DNA of 64,000 bases from NCBI GenBank assembly GCA_029210085.1, contig JARGPP010000024.1, forward strand, positions 4,175-68,174, given 5' to 3'. Shown in pieces: positions 1 to 10,371 of this stretch; position 1 is the stretch's first letter, and the number at the start of each line of letters is the position of its first letter. Made by a program: the position numbers and the translations under genes. This DNA comes from Legionellaceae bacterium. Its GTDB lineage: Bacteria; Pseudomonadota; Gammaproteobacteria; Legionellales; Legionellaceae. The notes under the pieces were generated by a model. That model did not search any database, was not told the origin of the DNA, and worked only from the letters and a program-made list of their open reading frames with translations.

Positions 1-1651
1 AACACGCGGCATTATTGTTGATAGACATAATACGGTACTTGCTGAAAATATTCCGGTTTATGCGCTTGAAATCATTCCAAATCGCGTTGAAAATTTGCCT
101 GAAACCCTCGTACAACTTAAAACATTGCTTCCATCTGTCACTGATGACGATATTAAGCACTTTAAACGAATCCAAAAACAAACGCGCTCCTATCTGCCTG
201 TACCTTTTAAACTTCAGTTAACGCAAGAAGAAGTGGCTATTTTTGCAACGCATCAATATGCTTTTCCTGGTGTTCATATCAAAGCTGAACTCATGCGCTA
301 TTATCCGCTCGGTGAAATTACAGGGCATCTGTTAGGATATGTAGGACGATTGAGCGTTGAAGATTTAAATCGCGTCGATACAAGTAATTATCGTGCCACA
401 AACTTCATTGGGAAAACCGGTATTGAACGCTTTTATGAAGATAAACTTCACGGCCAAGTCGGCTATCAACAACTCGAAACAGATGTCAGTGGGCGCTCCG
501 TTCGCACACTCAGTAAACAGGCTCCTATCTCAGGCCAAAAAATAACCCTCACTTTAGATGCACGTTTACAAACACGCATTCATCATACACTACAGGGTAA
601 AGAAGGGGCTGTTGCTGTGATTGATGTCAAAAACGGTGATGTCTTAGCGTTGGTCAGCACCCCTAGCTATAACCCAAATGATTTTGTACAAGGCATGAGC
701 CAAAAACAATATAATGATTTAGTCAGCGCGCCTGAGAAACCACTTTATCATCGTGCCATTCGAGGGTTGTATCCTCCTGCGTCAACTATCAAACCATTCA
801 TTGCGCTAGCAGGGGTTGAAAAAGGCATTGTTGATGAGCATACAACAATTTATGATCCAGGCTGGTATCGCTTACCCGGCATTTCACACCTCTACCGCGA
901 TTGGAAACGAGGAGGCCATGGTGTGATGCACTTAAAACGTGCTATCACTGTTTCTTGTGACACCTATTTTTATCAACTGGGCAATAAACTCGGTATTAAT
1001 GCAATTGAAGATATTTTAACTCGTTTTGGTTTTGGCCAACTGAGTCATATTGATTTAAAAGAAGAAGCTGAAGGTATCGTTCCAAGCCCCCACTGGAAAA
1101 AACAGGCCAAAGGCTTACCTTGGTACCCTGGAGATACATTAATCACCACGATTGGACAGGGATTTATGCTGGCCTCCCCTTTACAGTTGGCCAATGCAAC
1201 CGCTTCTTTAAGTCAACACGGCCGACGGTTTCGACCACATCTACTGAAGGCATGGTCTATTGATGATGCTCAACCCCATCTCACAACACCACTGGAAGAG
1301 TACCCGATACATCTACAAGACAACACCTGGAATCTCATTACAGATAGTATGCGTTCTGTCATTACCAAACGAGAAGGAACAGGACATCGTTTTGGACGAG
1401 ATGCTCCCTACACCGTTGCAGCAAAAACAGGTACTGCACAGGTATTTAGCTTAAGTCAGGATGAAAAAAAACGAAATCAATTCGTACCCGATGCACTACG
1501 GGATCACTCTCTTTTTATTGCATTTGCACCGGTTGAACAACCAGAAATCGCCATTGCTGTGTTAATTGAACACGACCCAACCGCGTCTCAAGTTGCCCGT
1601 CAAGTGATGGATGCCTATTTTGACTTAAAAAAATCGAAGGTCACCTCATGA
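1..1651 (+). CDS. mrdA: Penicillin-binding protein 2 (peptidoglycan D,D-transpeptidase), 5'-truncated by window edge
   Basis: The frame is open from base 2 (TRGIIVDRHNTVLAENIPVY...), so the true start lies upstream of the window. Class B PBP motifs are present: SxxK (ASTIKP), SxD (SCDTYF) and KTG (AKTGTAQ). The stop overlaps the rodA start (ATGA). Confidence 0.92.
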   Translation, partial: TRGIIVDRHNTVLAENIPVYALEIIPNRVENLPETLVQLKTLLPSVTDDDIKHFKRIQKQTRSYLPVPFKLQLTQEEVAIFATHQYAFPGVHIKAELMRYYPLGEITGHLLGYVGRLSVEDLNRVDTSNYRATNFIGKTGIERFYEDKLHGQVGYQQLETDVSGRSVRTLSKQAPISGQKITLTLDARLQTRIHHTLQGKEGAVAVIDVKNGDVLALVSTPSYNPNDFVQGMSQKQYNDLVSAPEKPLYHRAIRGLYPPASTIKPFIALAGVEKGIVDEHTTIYDPGWYRLPGISHLYRDWKRGGHGVMHLKRAITVSCDTYFYQLGNKLGINAIEDILTRFGFGQLSHIDLKEEAEGIVPSPHWKKQAKGLPWYPGDTLITTIGQGFMLASPLQLANATASLSQHGRRFRPHLLKAWSIDDAQPHLTTPLEEYPIHLQDNTWNLITDSMRSVITKREGTGHRFGRDAPYTVAAKTGTAQVFSLSQDEKKRNQFVPDALRDHSLFIAFAPVEQPEIAIAVLIEHDPTASQVARQVMDAYFDLKKSKVTS

Positions 1652-2763
1652 ATCGTATCAGTACACAGCCTATGTATAAACCCACACGTCGCGCCCTTCA
1701 TCTAGATTGGCCACTGCTTGGCTTATTGCTCTTATTAATCAGTGTCGGTTTATTTATTTTATACAGCGCATCGAATCAAAATATACACATGATTATGCGT
1801 CAGATGGCACGTCTCACGCTCGCCTTTTCAGTCATGCTCATTTTGTCGTTTATTCCACCTCATACTTATAAACGTTGGTCTCCTGGCTTATATCTCTTTG
1901 GGCTTATATTACTCTTTGCTGTAATGGCGATGGGTAAAATTGGAAAAGGAGCCCAACGTTGGCTTGACCTTGGTTTTTTTCGTTTTCAACCTTCAGAAAT
2001 TATGAAACTCGCCGTCCCCATGATGACAGCCTGCTATCTCGATAAAAAAACACTTCCCCTTGATTTTAAGTCACTGTGTATGGCTGTGTGTATTATTTTT
2101 ATTCCAACCCTTTTAATTGCGGAGCAACCTGATTTAGGCACTGCTATTATGGTGGCATCAGGGGGTATTTTCGTTATTTTCCTAGCAGGAATCAGCCTAA
2201 GAACCATTGGTATATTCATCGGCGCTGTCATGGCTTTAGCCCCAGCACTTTGGTATGTCATGCACGATTATCAAAAAAAACGTGTGATGACTTTATTGAA
2301 TCCTGAGAACGATCCGCTTGGAAGTGGATATCATATCATTCAATCTAAAATTGCCATCGGTTCAGGGGGCGCTTTTGGTAAAGGCTGGCTTTCTGGTAGC
2401 CAGTCTCACCTCAACTTTTTACCTGAACATGCCACTGATTTTATTTTCTCAGTGGGAAGCGAAGAGTTTGGCTTTATTGGTAGTGCTGGTCTGATTGTAT
2501 TATTTTTTTTAATTTCGCTGCGTTGCATTTATATCTCAAAAAGCGCACAAACCAATTATACACGACTACTGGCCGTTGGCCTGAGTATGAGTTTTTTTCT
2601 CTCTGCATTTGTTAATATTGGAATGGTTATGGGCATACTACCCGTTGTGGGTGTTCCTTTACCCCTCATCAGTTATGGCGGCACAGCTATGGTTACATTT
2701 TTAGCAGGATTTGGTATTTTGATGTCTATCAGTTCTCATCGCATCTTATTCAATACTCTCTAA
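1648..2763 (+). CDS. rodA: Peptidoglycan glycosyltransferase RodA (SEDS family)
   Basis: 371-aa polytopic membrane protein with the conserved EHATDFIFS and [10 protein letters not shown] motifs. It is translationally coupled to mrdA. Confidence 0.92.
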   Translation: MNRISTQPMYKPTRRALHLDWPLLGLLLLLISVGLFILYSASNQNIHMIMRQMARLTLAFSVMLILSFIPPHTYKRWSPGLYLFGLILLFAVMAMGKIGKGAQRWLDLGFFRFQPSEIMKLAVPMMTACYLDKKTLPLDFKSLCMAVCIIFIPTLLIAEQPDLGTAIMVASGGIFVIFLAGISLRTIGIFIGAVMALAPALWYVMHDYQKKRVMTLLNPENDPLGSGYHIIQSKIAIGSGGAFGKGWLSGSQSHLNFLPEHATDFIFSVGSEEFGFIGSAGLIVLFFLISLRCIYISKSAQTNYTRLLAVGLSMSFFLSAFVNIGMVMGILPVVGVPLPLISYGGTAMVTFLAGFGILMSISSHRILFNTL

Positions 2764-3309
2764 AGCAGCACGTACCGGCGCGAAACTTCTCCGATGAATT
2801 GGACAAGGTCCAAGCTGTTTTAACGCAGCTTTATGCTGCGCTGTTGGATATCCTTTATGCTGTGCAAATCCATATCCAGGATATTGTGCATCTAATAAGC
2901 TCATCTCGTTGTCACGTGCTACTTTTGCGAGAATAGACGCCGCGCTAATTTCGGCAACTTGCGCATCTCCTCCCACAATCGCATCACATGCCATTTTGAC
3001 GTCAGGACAATATAGTCCATCAACCCATACACGTTCAGGTTCTATCGATAACTTTTCTATTGCGCGTTTCATGGCAAGTAGACTGGCTTGATGGATATTC
3101 ACCACATCAATTTCTTGGGCTTCCACACGTCCAAAAGCATAACTTTTCGCTTTCAGCATAATTTCGTCCGATAAACATGCGCGCCTTTTTGCGCTCAATT
3201 TTTTAGAATCGGCTAAACCTAATATCGGCACATCTAAAATCACAGCAGCAGCAATCACAGCACCTGCCAGAGGACCTCGTCCTACCTCATCTGTACCTGC
3301 AACATACAT
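2746..3309 (-). CDS. rnhB: Ribonuclease HII
   Basis: 187 aa with the N-terminal catalytic motif [14 protein letters not shown] and a DSKKLS motif. Its 3' end overlaps the rodA 3' end by 18 nt (convergent). Confidence 0.9.
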   Translation of the reverse strand: MYVAGTDEVGRGPLAGAVIAAAVILDVPILGLADSKKLSAKRRACLSDEIMLKAKSYAFGRVEAQEIDVVNIHQASLLAMKRAIEKLSIEPERVWVDGLYCPDVKMACDAIVGGDAQVAEISAASILAKVARDNEMSLLDAQYPGYGFAQHKGYPTAQHKAALKQLGPCPIHRRSFAPVRAALESIE

Positions 3310-3426
3310 GTGTTACTCCTTACCATTTATTTAAAAACATAGACAACTTGTTTTCTACTGGCTAAAGTAGATATATTCCCGATCCTATTTTTCGGGAAAA
3401 GTCTAAAACATCACAGGGAGCATATT

Positions 3427-3708
3427 ATGAGCAAGTGCAGGTTAAGCCCGTTAGCTTTTGGATTATCTTTAGGCGTTCTTTGGGGTGCATCAGTCCTAAT
3501 TATGGGGCTGCTTGCTCACTACTTTTCTTATGGCTCCGAGTTTGTAGGTGCTATGGGCGTTATTTATGTCGGCTACGAACCCTCAATTATGGGTGGTATT
3601 ATCGGGGGGCTCTTTGGCTTTATCGATGCTTTAGTTGCGGGCGCACTGATTGCCTGGCTCTATAATATCTTCTCAGGATGTTGTCGCAAAAATCCCACCG
3701 ATACATAA
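3427..3708 (+). CDS. Small Gly-rich integral membrane protein, unknown function
   Basis: 93 aa with about three hydrophobic Gly-rich segments and a purine-rich RBS (cacagggagcatattATG). No family recognised. The nested ORF 3435..3665 in another frame is judged spurious. Confidence 0.5.
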   Translation: MSKCRLSPLAFGLSLGVLWGASVLIMGLLAHYFSYGSEFVGAMGVIYVGYEPSIMGGIIGGLFGFIDALVAGALIAWLYNIFSGCCRKNPTDT

Positions 3709-3715
3709 CACTTTT

Positions 3716-4999
3716 TTATGCCGGGCGGTTATCTTTATCTTTTCTAACCCACAAAAAGATACCGCCCATTAATAGCATATAAACCACACCGACTCCCGCG
3801 CAATAAAGCGCAAACACAGCGTTATTATGCGAAACATATAAGTCATTAATCAACTCAATACCGATGGCTTGAGAACTCATCAAAACCAATCCCATTAAAG
3901 CAGATGCCGTTCCTTTTGTAACTTGAGTCGAATATAAAGTAAACCGTGCCAATGGCGCACCTGTTAGGCCTATCCCAAAAAAGTAAATCACAAGACCTGG
4001 CATGAGCCAAATAAAGTTTTTCCCTAAAATAAAAACCAATAAAGGCATTAAGAAAAGTCCTATTGCAACTGTTGCAGAACCTATTAACATCAATTGTTTT
4101 AGCTTAAAGTGATGCGTCAAGCGGTGTAGTGTTACATTGCCTAAAATAGCGGCTAAAAATACTGGGATTTGCCAAATACCATATTCAAGCAATGATTCAC
4201 CGGATACCGATACAATAATCACAGGAGCCAAACCAATCCAGGCAACACAAGGTAGTCCGAGCAATCCCGCCCCCACCGATGCCATCATAAACTTGGGATT
4301 TTTACACAGTGCCACATAACGGGACCCAATATCTCTAAACGACAATTCAGCGCGTGGAATCACTTCTCCATCGCGCTTTATTTCACCCACAGATTCCGGC
4401 ATAAAGCGCCAAAGTCCCCATAAGGTGAACAAAGCAAGTGCCGCAATCACAACAAAAATAAGACGCCAGTCCCAATGGCTGACAAATAAAGCCCCTAAAA
4501 GTGGTCCTAAAAGTGGTGCTAAAATAGATACATTTGCCATAATCGCCATTAAACGCACCACTTCCATTTCTTCAAAAATTTCTTGAAGCGTTGCGTATCC
4601 CACCACGGTAATAAAGCAAAGTCCCATCCCTTGAAAAAAGCGTCCAGCTAAAAACTGATTAATCGATCCTGAGCATGCAATCAACATAGTAAAGATAAGA
4701 AATACCCAGCCTCCTGCAATCATGACAGGCCTACGGCCATAGTGATCAGACAATGGTCCTAAAATAATTTGAAGTGTTGAGCCACCTAATATATAAAGCA
4801 TCAATGAACGTGCAACGGCCGACTCTGATGCGCCAAACGTTTTCACAACCTGTAGCATGCCGGGCATAATCATATCGTTTGAAATATAAGCTAAAAATTC
4901 ATATAGCACTAAAAATGCAGCAAAAATAAGCGCATGACGACGCGTAATCGAGATTAAAGGTTGAGACTTATGCATAAAATTAAATAAACTTGCGAACAA
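3716..4999 (-). CDS. MFS transporter (DHA1, Bcr/CflA-like drug:H+ antiporter)
   Basis: 427 aa with about 12 hydrophobic segments and MFS motif A (GPLSDHYGRRPVM). Confidence 0.8.
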   Translation of the reverse strand: MFASLFNFMHKSQPLISITRRHALIFAAFLVLYEFLAYISNDMIMPGMLQVVKTFGASESAVARSLMLYILGGSTLQIILGPLSDHYGRRPVMIAGGWVFLIFTMLIACSGSINQFLAGRFFQGMGLCFITVVGYATLQEIFEEMEVVRLMAIMANVSILAPLLGPLLGALFVSHWDWRLIFVVIAALALFTLWGLWRFMPESVGEIKRDGEVIPRAELSFRDIGSRYVALCKNPKFMMASVGAGLLGLPCVAWIGLAPVIIVSVSGESLLEYGIWQIPVFLAAILGNVTLHRLTHHFKLKQLMLIGSATVAIGLFLMPLLVFILGKNFIWLMPGLVIYFFGIGLTGAPLARFTLYSTQVTKGTASALMGLVLMSSQAIGIELINDLYVSHNNAVFALYCAGVGVVYMLLMGGIFLWVRKDKDNRPA

Positions 5000-5053
5000 A
5001 GAGAAGCGGTGAGTATACTCCTCGCATACCTAACAACACAATACTTAGTCAAA

Positions 5054-6070
5054 GTGAATATTTTAGCTGATGCCTCACTCCCTCATCTAGATGATTTATT
5101 TCAAGCGCCATTCACACTCACACGCTATAAAAATGAGCAAGAGCTACATGATGCCTTACCTTCTCATACTCTTTTAATTTGCCGATCAACCTTAAAAGTC
5201 ACCCCTGAATTATTAAAACATAGTCAACTAAGCTGTGTCGCAACTGCGAGTAGCGGCATTGACCATATTGATACAGATTATTTAAATCAACTCAACATAC
5301 CTTATCTTGATGCAAAAGGGTGCAATGCTGAGGCTGTTGCTGATTACGTCCTTGCAACCCTTGCCTACCTTAAAACACAACATAAAATACCCGGCATACG
5401 TGCAGGTGTGATAGGAGCAGGTCAAGTTGGTTCACGTGTCATTCAGCTTTTAAATACTTTAGGGTTCGATGTACATGCTTACGATCCATTAAAATCTAAT
5501 TTTAAAACTTGTGATTTTAATGCACTAACACGCTGTGACATTTTATGTGTTCATGCCAATTTACATGACACACAGCCCCATCCAACAAAAAATATTTTAG
5601 ATGCTGATTTTTTTAAAACATTGAAGACGAATACCGTCATCATTAATGCTGCCCGTGGAGGCATTGTGGATGAAAAAGCCCTCCTCAATACTCAAAAAAA
5701 TATTATTTATTGCACTGATGTCTATCAAAATGAACCCAATATTAATCCTGATATTATTGATTATGCAACGCTTTGTACCCCCCACATTGCGGGTCACAGC
5801 ATCGAGGCAAAATTCAATGCCGTCTTCTATTTAAGCCAAAAAATACATACACACTTTAATGTACATCTCCCAGGGTTAGTCACTAATACCCAACCTACAC
5901 AATGCTTAAAACTCGATAAATCAACATGGGAAGACACTGTACTTCGTCTGTATCACCCATTATATGAAACAACAAAACTTAAAGAAACTAGCCATAAAAA
6001 AAATGCTTTTTTAATGTTAAGAAGTCAGCATCAATATCGACATAATTTTAATCTATGTCCATCATACTAG
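5054..6070 (+). CDS. pdxB: 4-phosphoerythronate dehydrogenase
   Basis: D-2-hydroxyacid dehydrogenase fold with GxGxxG (GVIGAGQVGSRV) and a catalytic HIAGHS. The PdxB-like N-terminus VNILADASLPHLDDLF supports a GTG start at 5054, although the ORF is open from 5009. Confidence 0.8.
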   Translation: MNILADASLPHLDDLFQAPFTLTRYKNEQELHDALPSHTLLICRSTLKVTPELLKHSQLSCVATASSGIDHIDTDYLNQLNIPYLDAKGCNAEAVADYVLATLAYLKTQHKIPGIRAGVIGAGQVGSRVIQLLNTLGFDVHAYDPLKSNFKTCDFNALTRCDILCVHANLHDTQPHPTKNILDADFFKTLKTNTVIINAARGGIVDEKALLNTQKNIIYCTDVYQNEPNINPDIIDYATLCTPHIAGHSIEAKFNAVFYLSQKIHTHFNVHLPGLVTNTQPTQCLKLDKSTWEDTVLRLYHPLYETTKLKETSHKKNAFLMLRSQHQYRHNFNLCPSY

Positions 6071-6833
6071 CGGAGATAACTTCATCTTCAGGTTCTTCCC
6101 TGTCTATATCTCTTTGTCGTTGTCGTCGTCGTTCCCGAGATTCCCTACGTGCTGCCCTTTCTTGTGCTAGCTCCTCATCAGTTAGAAGTCGATGCGCTTG
6201 ATTTCTATTGGGTCTTCTGTGATCAGGCTCATATTGATTAAAAAAACTCAAGTCTTTTAACTGCTCTGAAAGAGCGTTATCTGACATCACCTCATCGACT
6301 TCATCATATAAAAGATTCGGCCAGATACTTTCAGTCATCAATAGAAAAAAAATAAGCGGGGCAAACAATCCAAGAGAAGTCATCATAATAGTCGTTGTCG
6401 TGGCAATACTCACAAAAAAAACAGACAATATAGCCACCCAAAATGTAATAATGGGTAAAGACATCAAACAGACAAAACAAAAAAAAGAAAGTGCTTCATT
6501 TTGATCATTTAAAGCGTTCTTTGAATTGTTATATTGCCTTTCGCTTTCTAAAAAAGCGATAGAATCTGACTCAGATAAAAAGTTATCTGGTAAAAAAATA
6601 TCACTTGTATACTCTCTTGCGCGTAAAGATTCTTTCTCTAAAAAACCTTTTTTATTCCAGCGCCTAATTCTGTCGTACTCTTCATTAATCTGCCGTAATA
6701 ATATAGTCTTAATGCAATAAAACTCAATTTCTTCAGCCGTTTCCAAAGCTTGTGTTAAAATGCTTACTCGCTCAATTGCGCACTGGACAAACATTTTTTT
6801 TGCAATAAATAGGTCTTCATCTCTAGCAATCAT
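6048..6833 (-). CDS. Hypothetical membrane protein (central TM hairpin, charged C-terminal tail)
   Basis: 261-aa ORF with no family recognised. It has a long hydrophobic block (FFCFVCLMSLPIITFWVAILSVFFVSIATTTTIMMTSLGLFAPLIFFLLM). The C-terminus is Arg/Glu-rich: RRESRERRRQRQRDIDREEPEDEVISASMMDID. Confidence 0.5.
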   Translation of the reverse strand: MIARDEDLFIAKKMFVQCAIERVSILTQALETAEEIEFYCIKTILLRQINEEYDRIRRWNKKGFLEKESLRAREYTSDIFLPDNFLSESDSIAFLESERQYNNSKNALNDQNEALSFFCFVCLMSLPIITFWVAILSVFFVSIATTTTIMMTSLGLFAPLIFFLLMTESIWPNLLYDEVDEVMSDNALSEQLKDLSFFNQYEPDHRRPNRNQAHRLLTDEELAQERAARRESRERRRQRQRDIDREEPEDEVISASMMDID

Positions 6834-7012
6834 TCATATTCCTGATGTTTTATACTGACATGCTCACATTAAGACCTATATAATACCACAGTAACTACAA
6901 AATATTCATATTGTTTATTTGTTTGGTATTAGGGTGTTTGACTGAAACCTCGCATTTTAATATAGTGCGCTGAGCAACCTCCAATCTTAAAAAGCCACAT
7001 CTAGGAGCATTC

Positions 7013-8284
7013 ATGACACAAAAAACAGCGCAGCTCACTGTCGAGGGCCACGATCCTGTAACACTCCCTATCTACAGCCCAACACTTGGCAATGATGTAA
7101 TTGATATCCATCCTCTCAGTGCTACATTAGGGGCATTTACATTTGATCCTGGCTTTCTGTCTACTGCTTCTTGTGAATCTAAAATCACCTATATTGACGG
7201 AAAAAATGGTATTTTACTCTATCGTGGATATCCCATTGAGCAACTTGCCAAGAAAAAAGATTTTTTAGAAGTATGCTATTTACTTCTCAATGGCGAGTTA
7301 CCTACAAAAAAAGAAGATACTGACTTTAAAAGTCTTATTAATAATCACACCATGGTGCACCAACAAATGTACCAGTTTTTAAATGGTTTTCGACGTGATG
7401 CACATCCTATGGCAATTATGGTGGGTATTGTGGGTGCCTTATCTGCCTTTTATCATGACTCAACGAACCTGGCTGATGAAGCTGATCGCTATACGTCTGC
7501 GATTCGTCTAATTGCTAAAATGCCAACACTTGCGGCCATGAGTTATAAATATTCTGTAGGACAACCCTACATGTACCCTCAAAACCATATGTCTTATGCT
7601 GAAAACTTCTTACATATGATGTTTGGTATGCCCTCTGTTGAAACCACACCTGATCCTATCTTAGTGGAGGCAATGGATACAATTTTTACTTTACATGCTG
7701 ATCACGAACAAAATGCATCGACCTCAACCGTGCGTCTTGCCGGTTCAACTGGTGCAAATCCTTATGCATGTATTTCTGCAGGCATTGGTGCACTTTGGGG
7801 GCCTGCACATGGCGGTGCTAACGAAGCTTGTCTCAACATGCTTCGTACCATTGGAGATGTCAGCCAGATTAACGAATACATCAAACGTGCTAAAGATAAA
7901 AATGATCCATTTCGCTTGATGGGCTTTGGTCACCGGGTTTATAAAAGCTATGACCCTCGAGCTAAAGTCATGCGAGATACCTGTCATAAAGTATTAAAAG
8001 CCGTTGGTGCACAAGATGAACCTCTCTTCAAATTAGCCATGGAACTTGAGCGCATTGCACTTGAGGACGAATATTTTGTTGAGAAAAAACTGTATCCAAA
8101 TGTTGATTTCTATTCAGGCTTAACATTAAGTGCTATTGGCATTCCAACCAACATGTTTACCGTTATTTTTGCACTTGCTCGCACTGTTGGATGGATGTCG
8201 CACTGGATGGAAATGACCGCTTCTCAGTCACGAATTGGTCGACCTCGTCAGTTATATACCGGTGAAAAGCACCGCGATATTTAA
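7013..8284 (+). CDS. gltA: Citrate synthase (type II)
   Basis: 423 aa with the citrate synthase signature [14 protein letters not shown] and [13 protein letters not shown] aggagcattcATG. Confidence 0.95.
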   Translation: MTQKTAQLTVEGHDPVTLPIYSPTLGNDVIDIHPLSATLGAFTFDPGFLSTASCESKITYIDGKNGILLYRGYPIEQLAKKKDFLEVCYLLLNGELPTKKEDTDFKSLINNHTMVHQQMYQFLNGFRRDAHPMAIMVGIVGALSAFYHDSTNLADEADRYTSAIRLIAKMPTLAAMSYKYSVGQPYMYPQNHMSYAENFLHMMFGMPSVETTPDPILVEAMDTIFTLHADHEQNASTSTVRLAGSTGANPYACISAGIGALWGPAHGGANEACLNMLRTIGDVSQINEYIKRAKDKNDPFRLMGFGHRVYKSYDPRAKVMRDTCHKVLKAVGAQDEPLFKLAMELERIALEDEYFVEKKLYPNVDFYSGLTLSAIGIPTNMFTVIFALARTVGWMSHWMEMTASQSRIGRPRQLYTGEKHRDI

Positions 8285-8320
8285 CACAAAAAATAAAACA
8301 AACACGGAAGTTTATCAACC

Positions 8321-9532
8321 ATGGATGGTTACCCACTGTATCGCTGGGTTGGCGTGAACTGTGCAGGACAAACAGTTCGCGGCCAACTTAAAGCAAAAAA
8401 CGCGACTCTTGCAAAAATTACGTTACATCAGCAAGGCATTCACACTAAAAAAATTAAGCAAGCGCATCGCTTTCTGAAATACGTTAAAAATAATCGTGTT
8501 CACTCGACCCACATCACTCACATCACTCGACGACTTTCAGCACTGTTAGATGCTCAAATTCCATTATTTCAAGCCTTTGAATTATTAAAGAGCGGTGAAG
8601 AAAATCATCGTCTAAAAAAACTGCTTCATCACATTCAAGAGGATATTCAAAGCGGCATCCCTCTCGCTGATGCCCTAAAAAAATACCCTAAATATTTTAA
8701 CACACTTTTTTGTCATCTGATTCAAGCGGGTGAAATCTCAGGTGCATTGGTAACCTTACTCAAACAACTCGCAAATCACCGAGAAACACGTGAAAAAATC
8801 ACACAAAAAATAAAAAAAAGCCTGGCTTACCCCATCGCTATCTTAAGCATTGCTTTTATCGTGACCATAGGGTTACTCATTTTTGTTGTACCACAATTTC
8901 AATTATTATTTGAAAGTTTCCATGCAAGCCTTCCGGCTGCAACACAGGGCTTAATCAACTGCTCTCAGTTCATCAAAGTATACGGCTTTATCTTACTGAT
9001 TCTCAGTGTGACAGGCTTTTATAGCTTACAATCTTTTTATCAAAAATCATCCGCTTTTGCCATGAAAATAGATACCCTCATACTAAGAATACCGCTCATT
9101 GGCTCAATCTTGCGTGACATCATTTTAGCACGCTTAACCCATACGATATCTATCCTGTTATCTGCCGGACTCCCACTGGTTGATGCGCTCAAAATATCAG
9201 CTAACATTGCTCATAATGCACACTACATCAAAGCCATGCTGGACATTCAAACCGCACTCACCGAAGGCCACCCGCTACAACGCACACTTGAAAACACTGG
9301 TTTATTCCCCAATATGATGACACAAATAGTCGGTATGGGAGAAGCATCAGGGCAGCTTGACAATATGCTCGCTCATTTGGCCGAACAGCAACATGACGAT
9401 TTAAAACACAAGCTAGAAGTGCTCAGTAGTTTATTTGAACCTATTCTCATGGCAATATTAGGCCTTTGGATAGGTAGCTTAATTATTGCTCTCTATTTAC
9501 CCATTTTCCAACTTGGAGCCATTGTTTCATGA
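8321..9532 (+). CDS. pilC: Type IV pilus assembly platform protein PilC (GspF family)
   Basis: 403 aa with a duplicated GspF-type domain architecture and three TM segments. The stop overlaps the pilD start. Confidence 0.9.
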   Translation: MDGYPLYRWVGVNCAGQTVRGQLKAKNATLAKITLHQQGIHTKKIKQAHRFLKYVKNNRVHSTHITHITRRLSALLDAQIPLFQAFELLKSGEENHRLKKLLHHIQEDIQSGIPLADALKKYPKYFNTLFCHLIQAGEISGALVTLLKQLANHRETREKITQKIKKSLAYPIAILSIAFIVTIGLLIFVVPQFQLLFESFHASLPAATQGLINCSQFIKVYGFILLILSVTGFYSLQSFYQKSSAFAMKIDTLILRIPLIGSILRDIILARLTHTISILLSAGLPLVDALKISANIAHNAHYIKAMLDIQTALTEGHPLQRTLENTGLFPNMMTQIVGMGEASGQLDNMLAHLAEQQHDDLKHKLEVLSSLFEPILMAILGLWIGSLIIALYLPIFQLGAIVS

Positions 9533-10368
9533 CAAGCCATAGCATATTTTTTATTCTTCTTGGAATAAGTGCACTCCTCGTTGGTAGCTTTCTAAATGTC
9601 GTTATTTATCGACTACCCCGCATGTTAAAAGCCGAGTGGCGAAGCGAATGCGAAACACTTTTACACATCAAACCCTCTCAAAAAGCACCTATTTTTAACC
9701 TATGCTTACCCCGTTCTTCATGTCCTCATTGTAAAAAAACAATTCCTTTTTGGCACAATATTCCGATAATCAGCTTTATTCTCCTCAAAGGCCGCTGCTG
9801 TTTTTGCCAAAATGCTATCAGTTGGCAATATCCATTAATTGAAAGTGTTTGTCTTGCACTGTCACTGCTTGCAGCCGTTTATTTTGGCTTTAATCCCATA
9901 CTTATTTTTGCGCTATTATTTATTTGGATATTAATTTGTCTGACTGTCATTGACATACAACATCAGCTTTTACCTGATGGGTTAACACTTGGATTATTAT
10001 GGCTAGGTTTAATTGCCAATACAGCAACACTTTTTACCCCTCTCACAGATGCTGTATTTGGCGCTGTATCAGGATATTTAGTGCTCTGGCTGGTCATGCA
10101 AATTTTTTATATTTGCACAAAAAAAATAGGTATGGGACATGGTGACTTTAAATTACTAGCAGCCTTTGGTGCTTGGTTTGGCTGGGCACTGCTTCCGATC
10201 ACTTTGCTCATAGCCTCTATCATAGGAGCGATTGTTGGTATCGTTTATTTAAAAACAACCCAACAATCTAAAGAAACGCCGATATCTTTTGGTCCTTTCT
10301 TATGTTTAGCGGGTTTATTTGCATTATTTTTTGGTAAAACCATACTTCCAATGCTTCTAACAGTTTGA
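9529..10368 (+). CDS. pilD: Prepilin peptidase / N-methyltransferase PilD (A24 family)
   Basis: 279 aa with Cys clusters CPHC...CCFC, an active-site region GMGHGDFKLLAAFG, and a polytopic topology. Confidence 0.9.
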   Translation: MTSHSIFFILLGISALLVGSFLNVVIYRLPRMLKAEWRSECETLLHIKPSQKAPIFNLCLPRSSCPHCKKTIPFWHNIPIISFILLKGRCCFCQNAISWQYPLIESVCLALSLLAAVYFGFNPILIFALLFIWILICLTVIDIQHQLLPDGLTLGLLWLGLIANTATLFTPLTDAVFGAVSGYLVLWLVMQIFYICTKKIGMGHGDFKLLAAFGAWFGWALLPITLLIASIIGAIVGIVYLKTTQQSKETPISFGPFLCLAGLFALFFGKTILPMLLTV

Positions 10369-10371
10369 CTT

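Noticed and set aside
15-221. 68-aa ORF at the window start.
   Set aside because: It overlaps the PBP2 frame, which is open from base 2 and shows clear homology. The 68-aa translation is low-complexity.
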